A DNA stretch of 64,000 nucleotides from an uncultured Candidatus Saccharibacteria bacterium (GTDB lineage: Bacteria; Patescibacteriota; UBA1384; DTJR01): the NCBI GenBank assembly GCA_964487045.1, contig CAZAOT010000001.1, forward strand, positions 151,863 through 215,862, written 5' to 3'. The first letter of the stretch is position 1. Each line of letters starts with the position of its first letter. Of this stretch, positions 8,857-18,779 are shown one piece after another. Below the pieces are notes generated by a model that did no database searches, had not been told where the DNA came from, and worked only from the letters and a program-made list of their open reading frames with translations. The translations under genes were made by a program, and so were the position numbers.

Positions 8857-8992
8857 CTAACCTAAGATGGCCTGCCCCGCAGTTAATGCTCCACGCGATA
8901 ACAGGAAGTAATCCGTTTCGCTGGAAATTATACTGCTGGGGTCATTCCGGTTATAATCGAAGTGTAGATAGTATATAGTTCTAAAACCGAGA

Positions 8993-9020
8993 AAGCTCCT
9001 TGATTAAAAGGAGCTTTTTT
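8993..9020 (+). terminator. rho-independent terminator after rnj
   Basis: AAGCTCCTT-gattaaa-AGGAGCTTTTTT. Confidence 0.6.
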
Positions 9021-9645
9021 GGTATATTGTCCGCTTACAGCGATACACTCTAGCGAGGAGCTGAGAACCTTGATTCTGAACACAGTAATCCCCACACTTC
9101 TTGTGGTTGTCGTGCTCCTCAATCAGTGGGCATACATCCGCAAGATCCGGCACCAGACTCTCCCGAGCGGAGTGACTTGGCTGGTGTGGTCCTTCGTGGC
9201 CTGGGTGATGTTTTACTCCCAGCTCAAAGAAAAGGGCTTTGCCAGTTCATGGATGTTTTTGGCCTATGCGATCGGAGCATTGATCGTTTTGCGTGCTACC
9301 ATCAAGGAAGGCAAGTTCGAGTGGTATCCTATCCACAGGATTTGTCTGACGCTTGCTGGAGTCGCGCTCGTCATCGCTATTTGCCTCAGCGGTAAGGCTG
9401 GGCTATGTGTCAACGTGACCGCCCATCTCATCGGTACTGCACCGCTGTGGAACAAGATCTGGAGCAGACAAAGTCGCGAGCCGCTTAGTTGTTGGTTTGT
9501 CTGGCTGTTTTGCTCTGGTTCCAATCTGCTCTTGGCGATATTCGCACACAACCTACTTATCGCCCCGATTTACTATGCAAGTCACAACGTTGTCATGGTC
9601 AGCTTGCTGCTCTGGAAGCAGCCGAAAGGACTGCCAAGTGGGTAA
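9019..9645 (+). CDS. hypothetical polytopic membrane protein (GC-rich segment)
   Basis: 208-aa ORF with about 6 hydrophobic helices. Local GC is ~52% against ~40% background. Confidence 0.4.
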   Translation: MVYCPLTAIHSSEELRTLILNTVIPTLLVVVVLLNQWAYIRKIRHQTLPSGVTWLVWSFVAWVMFYSQLKEKGFASSWMFLAYAIGALIVLRATIKEGKFEWYPIHRICLTLAGVALVIAICLSGKAGLCVNVTAHLIGTAPLWNKIWSRQSREPLSCWFVWLFCSGSNLLLAIFAHNLLIAPIYYASHNVVMVSLLLWKQPKGLPSG

Positions 9646-10009
9646 CTATCAGACAGCAATCGCAGCGGTAGCCGCAGGGTCTCTCATTCTAGTCGCATTT
9701 GGTCTTCTCTGGGTATTGAGAGGTCGACGTCATCAAGAAGAGCTGACCTTGGCCATCTATGGCATCGCTGCTGGAATTCCGATAACGTTTGCTCTCTTCC
9801 TCTACTGGAAGATCACTCCTGACAATCACACGGTTGTGAACGCAATATGTAACATCTCGAGCTTTGCGGTCATTCTTTTTTCTATTCGCTACATGAGGCC
9901 GAGACGATCCCCGTCAAAGTGGCTTCATATAGTTGTTTGGATAGTGTTGACCATTGTGGTTTCAGCAATGTCCATCAACTTCTCGCAGCTTAAAATGGGC
10001 ACCAGCTAG
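9638..10009 (+). CDS. hypothetical small membrane protein (possible GTG start overlapping the previous stop)
   Basis: The track ORF 9497..10009 overlaps the previous ORF out of frame. GTG at 9638 overlaps the stop of 9019..9645 (..AGTGGGTAA..). There are about 4 TM helices. Confidence 0.3.
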   Translation: MGNYQTAIAAVAAGSLILVAFGLLWVLRGRRHQEELTLAIYGIAAGIPITFALFLYWKITPDNHTVVNAICNISSFAVILFSIRYMRPRRSPSKWLHIVVWIVLTIVVSAMSINFSQLKMGTS

Positions 10010-10070
10010 AAATAGCGAGGTGCCCATTCTTTTTTTGAAGAATCTTCCTTATTCTGCTAAAATTTACTTA

Positions 10071-12191
10071 ATGGCAAAGCGTGGAAGGAAACCAAAAAAT
10101 CCTAATGTTTTGGAGTCGGTAGATCCCAAGGTTATTAAGGAAGTCCTGGGGCTTCTTTTCGGGGCATTGGCGGTAATTATAATCCTTGCTGAGTTTGGGG
10201 CTGCCGGGAGTTTTGGCAAATCAATTTTTGAAAGCATCAAAACTTTCTTTGGTGTAGTTGCTTATGTTTTTGCCTTCTGGCTCGCTTTCGCCTCAGTAAT
10301 GTTTTTTGAACCCAATATTGTGAAGCGCGGCCGGGTTATTTTATGGGGAACATTTTTCTTTTTAATTTTCTTCAGTAGTTTGATCGCTCCATTTGGCCAA
10401 AGTGGCGGAGTGTTTGGTTCTACTCTTTTTTATTCGCTACAGCCTGCAATTGGTGATGCTGGGACATTTATCATTATGTTAGTTGGGGCAATCGGAATGC
10501 TTCTTTTGATCTCAAATGCATCACTTTCGGAAATTTTGAAAAAAATTGGCGCGTCAACGAGAAACGCTTATCCAAATGTTAACGTCGATCTTGGCGCTCA
10601 AAGAGTTTCGGTCTTCAAGGCTGTCAGAAGGAGAATTGGAATGGGCGGTAAACCTGCCGTAGTTGAGGCTCAAAAGCCGATTGCTCCGATGGACGGCAAC
10701 TGGGTTTTTCCTGAAACTGATCTTTTGGAGGATCAAAAATCAACTGCTCAACCTGGAAATGTTACCAAAAATGTTGAGATACTACTTAAAACATTAAATG
10801 ATTTTGGTGTTGAAGTGACAGCAGGCAAAATTAATGTTGGTCCGACCGTTACTCAGTATGAACTCAAACCTTCAGAGGGTGTGAAGCTTAATACTATCAA
10901 GGCCAGGGCTGATGATTTGGCTTTGGCACTTGCAGTTCATCCAGTCAGAGTTGAAGCTCCAATTCCGGGTAAGGCTGCGGTTGGCGTAGAAGTTCCAAAT
11001 AAGGAGGCGGCGAGAGTGAGTCTTCGTTCAGTTTTGGAAAGCGATACCTTCAAAAAACGAAAATCAAATACTTCGCTTCCGCTAGGACTCGATGTTGCTG
11101 GAGATATAATACTAGCCGACCTCAAGAAGATGCCTCATATGTTAGTTGCCGGAGCGACCGGTTCTGGTAAGTCAGTCGGACTAAACTCGATGATCCTTTC
11201 TCTTTTGTATCAGAACTCGCCGCGCGACCTAAGACTCCTCTTAGTTGATCCAAAACGAGTTGAATTTACTGCTTACAATGGAATTCCGCATTTGCTTACC
11301 CCAGTTGTCGTTGATGTAGATAAGACCGTCAATTTACTTCGCTGGGCGGTGACGGAGATGGAGCGCCGATTTAAATTATTTCAGGAAGTAGGTTCTAGAG
11401 ATATCGAATCTTATAATGAAAAGGTGGGGAAGGGTCATAAATCAGAAAATGGTAATAATCATGAAAAAATCCCTTATATTGTGCTTGTGATTGATGAGTT
11501 AGCCGATCTGATGGCTCAGGCCTCTAATGAAGTTGAAGCGGCAATTGTCAGATTGGCTCAGCTGGCTAGGGCAACCGGCATGCATTTAATTGTTGCTACG
11601 CAGCGCCCGAGTGTTGATGTTATCACCGGATTGATTAAAGCTAACATTACCTCTAGGGTCGCTTTTGCGGTTGCATCACAAATCGACTCACGTACTATTA
11701 TCGACCAGTCTGGTGCAGAAAAGCTTATGGGAAATGGAGACATGTTGTTTCTCGGTGGGGAGTTTAGTAAGCCAAAGCGTCTTCAGGGTGCATTTATATC
11801 TGAAAAAGATGTTAAAAGTGTTTGTGACTTCTTGAGAAGCGAAGGCTCGGCTATTTATGACACTTCAATTACTGATTATCGTGAGGTTGCTGGAATCAAA
11901 AGTTCTAAGCGCGGTGGCTCAGGTGGTGGTATGGAAGGATCTGATGCAATTCTAAAAGAAGCTATCCAGCTAGTTGTGGAAAGTGGCACAGCTTCAGCTT
12001 CGTTCCTGCAAAGGCGACTTAGCGTCGGTTATGCCAGAGCGGCAAGACTTCTAGATTTGATGGAAGAACAAGGTGTAATTGGGCCGCCACAGGGCGCAAA
12101 ACCAAGAGATATACTTATAAGCTCATTGGACGAGATCTCTGAAGAGCCTCCTTCGTCAAAGGATAATGGTTTCGATGAGCGTGACTTTTAA
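10071..12191 (+). CDS. ftsK: DNA translocase FtsK/SpoIIIE (N-terminal TM domain, motor domain, gamma winged-helix)
   Basis: Walker A GATGSGKS, the motor domain, and a C-terminal gamma domain (ASFLQRRLSVGYARAARLLDLMEEQGVIGP). Start set at MAKRGRKPK, not the upstream out-of-context Met of the track ORF. Confidence 0.9.
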   Translation: MAKRGRKPKNPNVLESVDPKVIKEVLGLLFGALAVIIILAEFGAAGSFGKSIFESIKTFFGVVAYVFAFWLAFASVMFFEPNIVKRGRVILWGTFFFLIFFSSLIAPFGQSGGVFGSTLFYSLQPAIGDAGTFIIMLVGAIGMLLLISNASLSEILKKIGASTRNAYPNVNVDLGAQRVSVFKAVRRRIGMGGKPAVVEAQKPIAPMDGNWVFPETDLLEDQKSTAQPGNVTKNVEILLKTLNDFGVEVTAGKINVGPTVTQYELKPSEGVKLNTIKARADDLALALAVHPVRVEAPIPGKAAVGVEVPNKEAARVSLRSVLESDTFKKRKSNTSLPLGLDVAGDIILADLKKMPHMLVAGATGSGKSVGLNSMILSLLYQNSPRDLRLLLVDPKRVEFTAYNGIPHLLTPVVVDVDKTVNLLRWAVTEMERRFKLFQEVGSRDIESYNEKVGKGHKSENGNNHEKIPYIVLVIDELADLMAQASNEVEAAIVRLAQLARATGMHLIVATQRPSVDVITGLIKANITSRVAFAVASQIDSRTIIDQSGAEKLMGNGDMLFLGGEFSKPKRLQGAFISEKDVKSVCDFLRSEGSAIYDTSITDYREVAGIKSSKRGGSGGGMEGSDAILKEAIQLVVESGTASASFLQRRLSVGYARAARLLDLMEEQGVIGPPQGAKPRDILISSLDEISEEPPSSKDNGFDERDF

Positions 12192-12226
12192 TTTAAAATT
12201 TAAAAGCCAAAATTTAAAATTATGGT

Positions 12227-12251
12227 GTCCGCTTACACGGACGTTTTTATT
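12227..12251 (+). terminator. terminator after ftsK
   Basis: GTCCG-cttaca-CGGAC followed by GTTTTTATT. Confidence 0.45.
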
Positions 12252-12363
12252 GGTTGCATTTTTAACATAACCGGACTACATTAAGATTGTTTTGAAATTA
12301 AAAATTAAGATTTTTATTTTAAATTAGTAATTAGTAATTTAAAATTCCCACTGGAGGTGGGCA

Positions 12364-13020
12364 TTGGCTTTTAAGCGGAAGAAAATTCAGTCAGCCCAGA
12401 CGGTTGGAGCGAAGCTGCAAAGTGAGCGTCGCAAACGAGAGCTCGATATTGAAGATGTAGAAGAAGCTACAAAAGTCAGGGCTAAATACATCAAAGCTAT
12501 TGAAACTGGCTCTTGGAATGATTTGCCCAGCAAGATTTATGTTTATGGCTTCGTACGAAGATACGCCGAATTTTTAGATCTCGATAGCGATAAGACGGTT
12601 GAAGAATTTAAAAGCGAATTTGGGGTAAATAGGGTTAATTTTCTAGGCAAAAAGAACGGAAAATTATCAGATCGATTTGTAATAACTCCCAAGCTGATAA
12701 TTATAATTCTTGCGGTTATTCTTTTTATAAGTCTAATCGGGTATATTTTTATTTCAGCGGAAAAGGTATCTAAGGCTCCGGAGATCGAAATTATTGCGCC
12801 AAATGAGGAGTTAACTCAGAAGCAAGAATTGACGATTGAAGGTAAGACTTCAAATACCGCCATAGTTGATATCAATGGACAGCTAGTAAATGTAGACGAT
12901 AAAGGTTATTTCAAGCAAAAAACGACTTTAAATGAGGGTATGAATATATTCGAGATCAAAGCAAAAAGTCGAGTTGGAAAAGAAGCGACCAAAGAAATAA
13001 AAATTTTGAAGACAAAATAA
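12364..13020 (+). CDS. RodZ-like cytoskeletal protein (N-terminal XRE-type HTH + TM + C-terminal domain); TTG start
   Basis: The N-terminal KLQSERRKRELDIEDVEEATKVRAKYIKAIETGSWNDLPSKIYVYGFVRRYAEFL resembles the RodZ HTH. A single TM follows. RBS GGAGGTGGG. Confidence 0.55.
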   Translation: MAFKRKKIQSAQTVGAKLQSERRKRELDIEDVEEATKVRAKYIKAIETGSWNDLPSKIYVYGFVRRYAEFLDLDSDKTVEEFKSEFGVNRVNFLGKKNGKLSDRFVITPKLIIIILAVILFISLIGYIFISAEKVSKAPEIEIIAPNEELTQKQELTIEGKTSNTAIVDINGQLVNVDDKGYFKQKTTLNEGMNIFEIKAKSRVGKEATKEIKILKTK

Positions 13021-13029
13021 GGAGGCCAG

Positions 13030-14103
13030 GTGGCTAAAAAAATAAAAAGTGAAATTCCAAGTGAAGGAGCGCAGCTTACTGGTAAGCAACAAGCTCTCGA
13101 GGCAGCAATTTCAAGTATTGAGAAGCAATTTGGTACCGGCGCTATCATGCGAATGGGGGAGAGTAAAGGATTAAATGTAGAAACAATCCCTACTGGTTCA
13201 ATAAATCTAGACCTAGCGATGGGAATTGGTGGTGTACCTCGTGGAAGGATTGTGGAAATTTTTGGTCCGGAATCTTCAGGTAAAACTTCACTTTCACTTG
13301 CGATTGTTGCAGAGGCTCAGAAGGGCGGAGGGCTAGCTGCTTTTGTCGACGCTGAGCACGCTTTTGATCCCGAATATGCAAAGAAAATTGGCGTTGATGT
13401 CGATGCGCTTCTAATCTCTCAGCCAGACACTGGAGAGCAAGCGCTGGAAATTACCGAGACTTTGATCAGATCAAACGCGCTTGATGTAATCGTAATTGAC
13501 TCGGTTGCCGCGCTCGTTCCTCGCGCTGAAATCGAAGGTGAAATGGGAGACTCGGTTATGGGAGTTCACGCTAGATTGATGAGCCAAGCGCTTCGAAAAA
13601 TTACTGGCGCAGTCTCAAAGTCAAAAACGGTTGTAATCTTTATTAACCAGCTCAGGATGAAGATCGGGGTAATGTTTGGTAATCCAGAAACAACCACTGG
13701 CGGAATGGCCTTGAAGTTTTATTCTTCAGTCAGGCTTGATGTGCGAAGAATCGAACAGATTAAAAAAGGTGAAGAAATTGTAGGTAACAGAGTGAGAGTG
13801 AAGATCGTTAAAAACAAAGTTGCTCCGCCGTTTAGAATTGCTGAATTTGAAATGATGTTTGGTACGGGAATTTCTAAGGCTGGAGAGGCGATCGATCTTG
13901 GGGTCAAATACAATATAATCAATAAAGCTGGAGCTTGGCTTACATTGACCGACGCTAAAGCTCTCGGTGAGGACAACGACAAGCTCGGCCAAGGTAGGGA
14001 AGCAGCTAGGGCGTATATCGAAAACAATCCTAAATTATTAGAAAAACTTATCAAAGCCATAAGTGAGCGAGCAAAACAAGAAAGCGCTCCAGAAAGCGCT
14101 TGA
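13030..14103 (+). CDS. recA: recombinase RecA (GTG start)
   Basis: [10 protein letters not shown] Walker [21 protein letters not shown], and the L1/L2 loops. RBS GGAGG. Confidence 0.97.
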   Translation: MAKKIKSEIPSEGAQLTGKQQALEAAISSIEKQFGTGAIMRMGESKGLNVETIPTGSINLDLAMGIGGVPRGRIVEIFGPESSGKTSLSLAIVAEAQKGGGLAAFVDAEHAFDPEYAKKIGVDVDALLISQPDTGEQALEITETLIRSNALDVIVIDSVAALVPRAEIEGEMGDSVMGVHARLMSQALRKITGAVSKSKTVVIFINQLRMKIGVMFGNPETTTGGMALKFYSSVRLDVRRIEQIKKGEEIVGNRVRVKIVKNKVAPPFRIAEFEMMFGTGISKAGEAIDLGVKYNIINKAGAWLTLTDAKALGEDNDKLGQGREAARAYIENNPKLLEKLIKAISERAKQESAPESA

Positions 14104-14530
14104 GTTACTATCAAAGAGAAGTTATTCAAAATCTATTTTAGCCGATAAGCTTCGCCTAAAGGATTTTGAGGAAAAGGAAATCGCACAAGCGATGAAGCGG
14201 TTAGAGTACTTAGGATTTATCGATGATAGAAAATACGCTGAAAATTTAGCAAGAGAATATTCGACTTATAAGAAATATGGTGCCCAGAGGATAAAATTCA
14301 AACTCAAAGAAAAAAAGATCTCTGATGATATTATTGTTGAGATTTTGGCGGGAATTGATGAACGGATTGAAAGTGAAAACCTAGATGAACTTACAAAGAG
14401 ATATCTAAGTAAAATTAGAAGTATTCCGAAGGAAAAACAATACAATAGAACGCTCGGCTATTTGATCAGGCGTGGTTACTCATTTGATGCGGCAAAAAAA
14501 GCCTTTTATAAAATTTCTCAAAATATTTAA
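14063..14530 (+). CDS. recX: RecX regulatory protein (overlaps the recA 3' end by 41 nt)
   Basis: 155-aa helical-repeat protein immediately after recA. The composition is RecX-like. Confidence 0.65.
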   Translation: MSEQNKKALQKALELLSKRSYSKSILADKLRLKDFEEKEIAQAMKRLEYLGFIDDRKYAENLAREYSTYKKYGAQRIKFKLKEKKISDDIIVEILAGIDERIESENLDELTKRYLSKIRSIPKEKQYNRTLGYLIRRGYSFDAAKKAFYKISQNI

Positions 14531-14557
14531 TTTAATTTCATTACTAGATAATCAGCC

Positions 14558-14586
14558 TTGACTAAAAATAACTTTTTGTGTATAAT
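14558..14586 (+). promoter_or_regulatory. strong sigma70 promoter TTGACT-17-TATAAT
   Basis: Both hexamers are near consensus and the spacer is exactly 17 nt. It drives the untranslated GC-rich segment below. Confidence 0.55.
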
Positions 14587-14592
14587 CCGATC

Positions 14593-14914
14593 TAAGCCTA
14601 CGGCTTCTGGATAATATCTTCTCCTGCAGGAGGGAGCTTAGCAGAGTTCTTGGATCTTTTGGGCATATAGCTCTGACCAAGATGCTTGGCACCTTCCCGA
14701 CCACTCGAGAGCCTCATGGCTCCGAAAGTTCAAACAGGCGGACGAGTGTGGCGCTAGGTTGAAGGGCTAGCAAGGCGACGGCTATCTAGCCTGAATCCCG
14801 ACAAGCGTCGACACCTGAGGAGTCGAAGGGCAATCAATTCTATCCTTTTGGGTTCAATCGATCTAGATGGGATAGGATTCGGGGCGCCAGCTTGCTGGCG
14901 CCCCCTTTACCTTC
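14593..14914 (+). ncRNA. candidate structured ncRNA (~320 nt), class undetermined
   Basis: No ORF. The sequence is GC-rich (~55%) between a consensus promoter and a strong hairpin (GGGGCGCCAGC-ttgc-GCTGGCGCCCC). No match to the tmRNA, RNase P or SRP signatures I checked by eye. Confidence 0.3.
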
Positions 14915-14952
14915 AGGTTGAGATTACTCCTTAAATATGGTATATTTCTCGT

Positions 14953-16005
14953 ATGATGAATATATTTTCTTTTTCCAAATCTGCCCAGCGACAGACCAAA
15001 ATTATCGCTACAATTGGACCGGCTACTTCAAGCGAGTCCGTTTTGAAAAAATTGATGTTAGAGGGCATGGATATTGCCAGATTTAATTTTTCGCATGGTA
15101 CTAAGGAAGAATTTGCGGCATGGGCCAAATTAATTAGAAAGCTAGCCAAAAGGCTTAAAAAAGAAGTTTTGATTTTGCAAGATCTCCAGGGCCCAAGAAT
15201 TAGAGTAGGTAAGCTCAATCATGAGGGACGCCACATTGATTCCGGCCAGGAAGTTAAGCTCAACTTTGGTGATGAATTTCACCGAAATGACATTCCAGTT
15301 CAGACAGACTTAGAAGTTGCACTCAAAAAGGATCATACGATTTTGATCGATTCTGGACTAATCGAATTAAAAGTTAAAAAAATTGAAGGCAAGAGAGTTG
15401 TCTGTAAAGTAATTGTTGGTGGGGCGCTTCACTCAGGCAAAGGATTGAATTTTCCTGACACTCCAACTCAAGAGGCTTTCACTCAAAAAGACGAAGAAGA
15501 CTTGGCTTTTGGTCAACAAATTGGAGTTGATATGGTTGGTCTTTCATTTGTGGAAAATGCCCAAGATATTATTTCCTTAAGAGAAAAAATCTCAGCAAAG
15601 ACAAAAATTGTATCAAAAATTGAAAGGCCTCAGGCAGTTCATAATTTCGCTGAAATTTTAGATGTATCTGATGCGATCATGGTTGCTCGTGGTGACCTTG
15701 GCGTTGAGATACCGATTGAGAAATTACCATTTTTACAAAAAAGAATTATTAGAAGGTGCCGAACTGCAAACAAGTTTGTGATTGTTGCTACCGACATGAT
15801 GGCTTCGATGGTTTCTTCACCGAGACCAACCAGGGCTGAAGTGCTGGATATCGCAAATGCAGTTCTCGACGGTGCCGATGCAGTTATGCTTTCAAACGAG
15901 ACTGCGGTAGGAAAATATCCTATCCAGACTATTTCGACAATGCGAAAGATCGTCGAAGAAACAGAAAATTTCAAAAAGTCTCAAGAACTATCGAGTTTGC
16001 TCTAA
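14953..16005 (+). CDS. pyk: pyruvate kinase, short form lacking the C-terminal allosteric domain
   Basis: KIIATIGPAT..., MVARGDLGVEIP, and MLSNETAVGKYP motifs. It is 350 aa versus ~470 typical. Confidence 0.9.
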   Translation: MMNIFSFSKSAQRQTKIIATIGPATSSESVLKKLMLEGMDIARFNFSHGTKEEFAAWAKLIRKLAKRLKKEVLILQDLQGPRIRVGKLNHEGRHIDSGQEVKLNFGDEFHRNDIPVQTDLEVALKKDHTILIDSGLIELKVKKIEGKRVVCKVIVGGALHSGKGLNFPDTPTQEAFTQKDEEDLAFGQQIGVDMVGLSFVENAQDIISLREKISAKTKIVSKIERPQAVHNFAEILDVSDAIMVARGDLGVEIPIEKLPFLQKRIIRRCRTANKFVIVATDMMASMVSSPRPTRAEVLDIANAVLDGADAVMLSNETAVGKYPIQTISTMRKIVEETENFKKSQELSSLL

Positions 16006-16164
16006 GCCATACGATTGACTTGGCAAGTACTTTGTGCTACGCTAGAATGCACTTAAGCACATTTATATGTGTGATCATGGTTTCAAGCTAAAGAGCTGGG
16101 AGGGCTCAGTTAGCTGAAGCTAGGCAGTGTACGAACAGCTTGTCCACCATTGGAGGGTGATTTG

Positions 16165-16404
16165 ATGTCAGATGCTTTCGCGATCGATGGAGTCGGTCCT
16201 GAGCTGGAGTTGAAGCTTGATCCTGACGAGGTATCGAGGGCATATCGCCTCGCGATCCGCCACGTCAAGAAGCAGGAGAGCAGGATCGCACGCCACGCGA
16301 AGAGATCGGCAGTGAAGAGTCGCAAGCTGCCACCCCGTACTCGGGGAGGCGAGGGAGTATTCCGGACGGCGCACGCTGTCCGGGCTGCAAGTCCGAGGCG
16401 GTAG
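16165..16404 (+). CDS. hypothetical small basic protein (GC-rich island)
   Basis: ATG 7 nt after GGAGGG. ~60% GC. Arg/Lys-rich C-terminus. Followed by a hairpin. Confidence 0.35.
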   Translation: MSDAFAIDGVGPELELKLDPDEVSRAYRLAIRHVKKQESRIARHAKRSAVKSRKLPPRTRGGEGVFRTAHAVRAASPRR

Positions 16405-16420
16405 AACCGCCTCTACATGA

Positions 16421-16452
16421 GAATCTGGCCGGTGGGGAGCTCACGCTCCGCA
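16421..16452 (+). terminator. hairpin terminator
   Basis: GGCCGGTG-n16-CACCGGCC followed by TTTTCT. Confidence 0.4.
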
Positions 16453-16545
16453 CCGGCCTTTTCTAAAGATCATTTATTAAAATTAAAGTAAAAGAAAGCC
16501 GCCTCAAAGAGGCGGCTTGGGGTGTCATTTAGTTCGTGCCGATTG

Positions 16546-17421
16546 CTACTCGAGCCAATCGCGCATCCGAGCCATCGTTTGATCGATGGCGTTGTTGGTG
16601 GGGATCTTGCCCTGTGGGTCGGGATACCCGAGGTACTGGCAAGTTTCCTCGTGCGACCAGCTGCATATTAGCTGTCGAAGCGCGACGTACAGTGCGCAAA
16701 AACGTCCCATCTGACTGATCCGCCAGACATGGTAGAATCCGATCGCATTTTCGGAACAATGAACGTACTCGGCCTCATTGTCAAAGCGTTCGTCTGGGTG
16801 AAACTGGCTCTCGCAGTAGTTCTGGGCGAGAGTTGTCAGTAAGCCATCTGCGATGACTTGCTTGCGACAATCGGGGCAGGAAGCGAGTGCTTGGTAGGCA
16901 CGTTCGCCTTGTCCCCGCCTAATCTGGCTCTGACATAAGATCCACAGCCAGTGCCAGCAGTCGCCACCTAACCATTCGGGTTCTTCGATGTCAACTCCTC
17001 CTGGGTATGGGTGGTCAAGGTTATAGTATCCAAATGAAAGATGGGGGCGGTCACAGAGATGCTGCGCTTCTTCTACAGTGAATTCAGCCGGGCCGTTGAA
17101 AGCGAAATGTACGTCATTCAGGTCGCCGATGAGATCGGCGAAAAGCTCCATGACAGGAGAAGCCAGAATTAGCCGCTCGGTCAGGCCACGCAAGCGCGCA
17201 CTGGCGCGAGCCATGGGCCAGAAAAAGCCAAGTCGTCTTGTCGCCGAGATAGTCGGCTTGTGGTGGCCGAGCCCCTGGTCACCGGTCTTAGCCCGAACGA
17301 ACGCTTCTCGGAATGCTTCCACTGGCGCCCCATTCATTGCTAAGTCATGGATGACATACCAGGCGAAGTGGATCGGAGTTGTAAACCCGTTTTCTAGATT
17401 CTCGCTTTGCACGTGCATCAC
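16546..17421 (-). CDS. hypothetical protein (GC-rich island)
   Basis: 291-aa ORF in ~57% GC DNA. No recognisable domain. The hairpin AAGCCGCCTC-aaa-GAGGCGGCTT lies just past its 3' end. Confidence 0.5.
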   Translation of the reverse strand: MMHVQSENLENGFTTPIHFAWYVIHDLAMNGAPVEAFREAFVRAKTGDQGLGHHKPTISATRRLGFFWPMARASARLRGLTERLILASPVMELFADLIGDLNDVHFAFNGPAEFTVEEAQHLCDRPHLSFGYYNLDHPYPGGVDIEEPEWLGGDCWHWLWILCQSQIRRGQGERAYQALASCPDCRKQVIADGLLTTLAQNYCESQFHPDERFDNEAEYVHCSENAIGFYHVWRISQMGRFCALYVALRQLICSWSHEETCQYLGYPDPQGKIPTNNAIDQTMARMRDWLE

Positions 17422-17558
17422 CTCAAGACATATTTGTGAGGATACTACGTTATGAAAATCTATACCACAATTCGGCTACTAAATCAATCGAGAAAGTTTC
17501 TACTGGCTTCTTGAGAAATTACTCCTGATCTGATAAACTTTTGTTCGTAATCGCAAAT

Positions 17559-17793
<235 letters not shown>

Positions 17794-17893
17794 AATAGCC
17801 ACTAAAGGCTATTTTTGTTATATTTAGGCGAGATAAAAAGGAGACAATATAGATCTTAATAATATTAAATTAAATCCACCCCTTGAGTTTATT

Positions 17894-18487
17894 GTGGATC
17901 CAGATAATAACAACAGAAGATTAGGAATTTGTATAAAAGAAATTTCTGCGGATGGAAAGAGGGATCGCTTGCATCAATTCGATATAGGTAGCGGAAGTTA
18001 TCTCGGCTATCGTGATCGCGAGCTGAATCCTGGAACTGGACTTATGCTTTCTTCTCGAGGGATGAGTTATTCATACAAGGGAACTCTTGCCAATGGAGAC
18101 AAACGTTTTTATAAACGGGAGCTTGGTCCTATTTATCAAGTCGGAAAAAAGAAGGTAGTTTCGGGAAAGTTTTTGCCTGCAATTAAACTTGAAGGTGATA
18201 CGGTGGATTTAGTTAGAATTGAAATGTTACCATCGTTGGTGAAAGAGGAAACATCTAGAGAGCGATTGGAAGCACGAGCTGAATCAGAGGGGCGAACGTT
18301 AGCTGAAGTTTATGGTGATCGGGACGGGAGTCTAAAGGACGACCCAAGCGAGCCAATTTCTCAAGATCAGAAGAAGCAAGAGCCTCTGCCTGAGGCTGAA
18401 TTTGATGCTGAGGGTAAGGCTAAATTTGATTTCGAAGAGGAACCGAAAAACCCCGATCCAGAAACTCCAGGTATGGGAACCTATTGA
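17894..18487 (+). CDS. hypothetical protein with an acidic C-terminus (GTG start)
   Basis: 197-aa ORF. Nothing recognisable. Confidence 0.35.
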   Translation: MDPDNNNRRLGICIKEISADGKRDRLHQFDIGSGSYLGYRDRELNPGTGLMLSSRGMSYSYKGTLANGDKRFYKRELGPIYQVGKKKVVSGKFLPAIKLEGDTVDLVRIEMLPSLVKEETSRERLEARAESEGRTLAEVYGDRDGSLKDDPSEPISQDQKKQEPLPEAEFDAEGKAKFDFEEEPKNPDPETPGMGTY

Positions 18488-18538
18488 CGCTTGGTCCGGG
18501 TGTGCTTTAATTAAATTAAAATTAATTGGGGAGGAACT

Positions 18539-18700
18539 ATGTCAAAGACAGTCCTAATGATCGTAGGAATTGTAGCGATCTTGATGGGAGTTGCAGCTTT
18601 GATCCCATCGTGGACCTTGGCTAGTGAGCCACAGTGGCATGCTATCGTTAAGATCGTCATCGGTCTTATCGGCGTGTACGTTTCAGCCACAGACAAATAA
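18539..18700 (+). CDS. small (53 aa) two-helix membrane protein
   Basis: ATG preceded by GGGGAGGAACT RBS. MSKTVLMIVGIVAILMGVAALIPSW... Preferred over the antisense track ORF 18511..18696. Confidence 0.45.
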   Translation: MSKTVLMIVGIVAILMGVAALIPSWTLASEPQWHAIVKIVIGLIGVYVSATDK

Positions 18701-18779
18701 GAGAGTTCTTCGTACCTTGATTAGCAATTGCCCCGTTGGGGCAATTGCTTTTTAAGTTCGCTTCAATTATCTTTGATTC

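Noticed and set aside
9020-12240. Shared 11-mer GTCCGCTTACA at 9027 and 12227 (both just after terminators)
   Set aside because: The second copy is simply the ascending strand of the ftsK terminator hairpin. A single 11-nt coincidence in 64 kb at ~40% GC is not compelling by itself.
14593-14914. tmRNA, RNase P RNA or SRP RNA identity for the GC-rich non-coding segment
   Set aside because: No tag-peptide reading frame ending in a stop. No T-arm/ACCA 3' end. No recognisable P4 strands (AGGAAAGUCC / ACAGAA.CCGGCUUA). No GGAA-tetraloop helix 8. It is left as an unclassified candidate RNA pending a covariance-model search.
18511-18696. 61-aa minus-strand track ORF
   Set aside because: A 53-aa plus-strand ORF over the same DNA (18539..18700) has a strong RBS (GGGGAGGAACT-ATG) and encodes a clean two-helix membrane peptide. 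The minus-strand ORF has neither.
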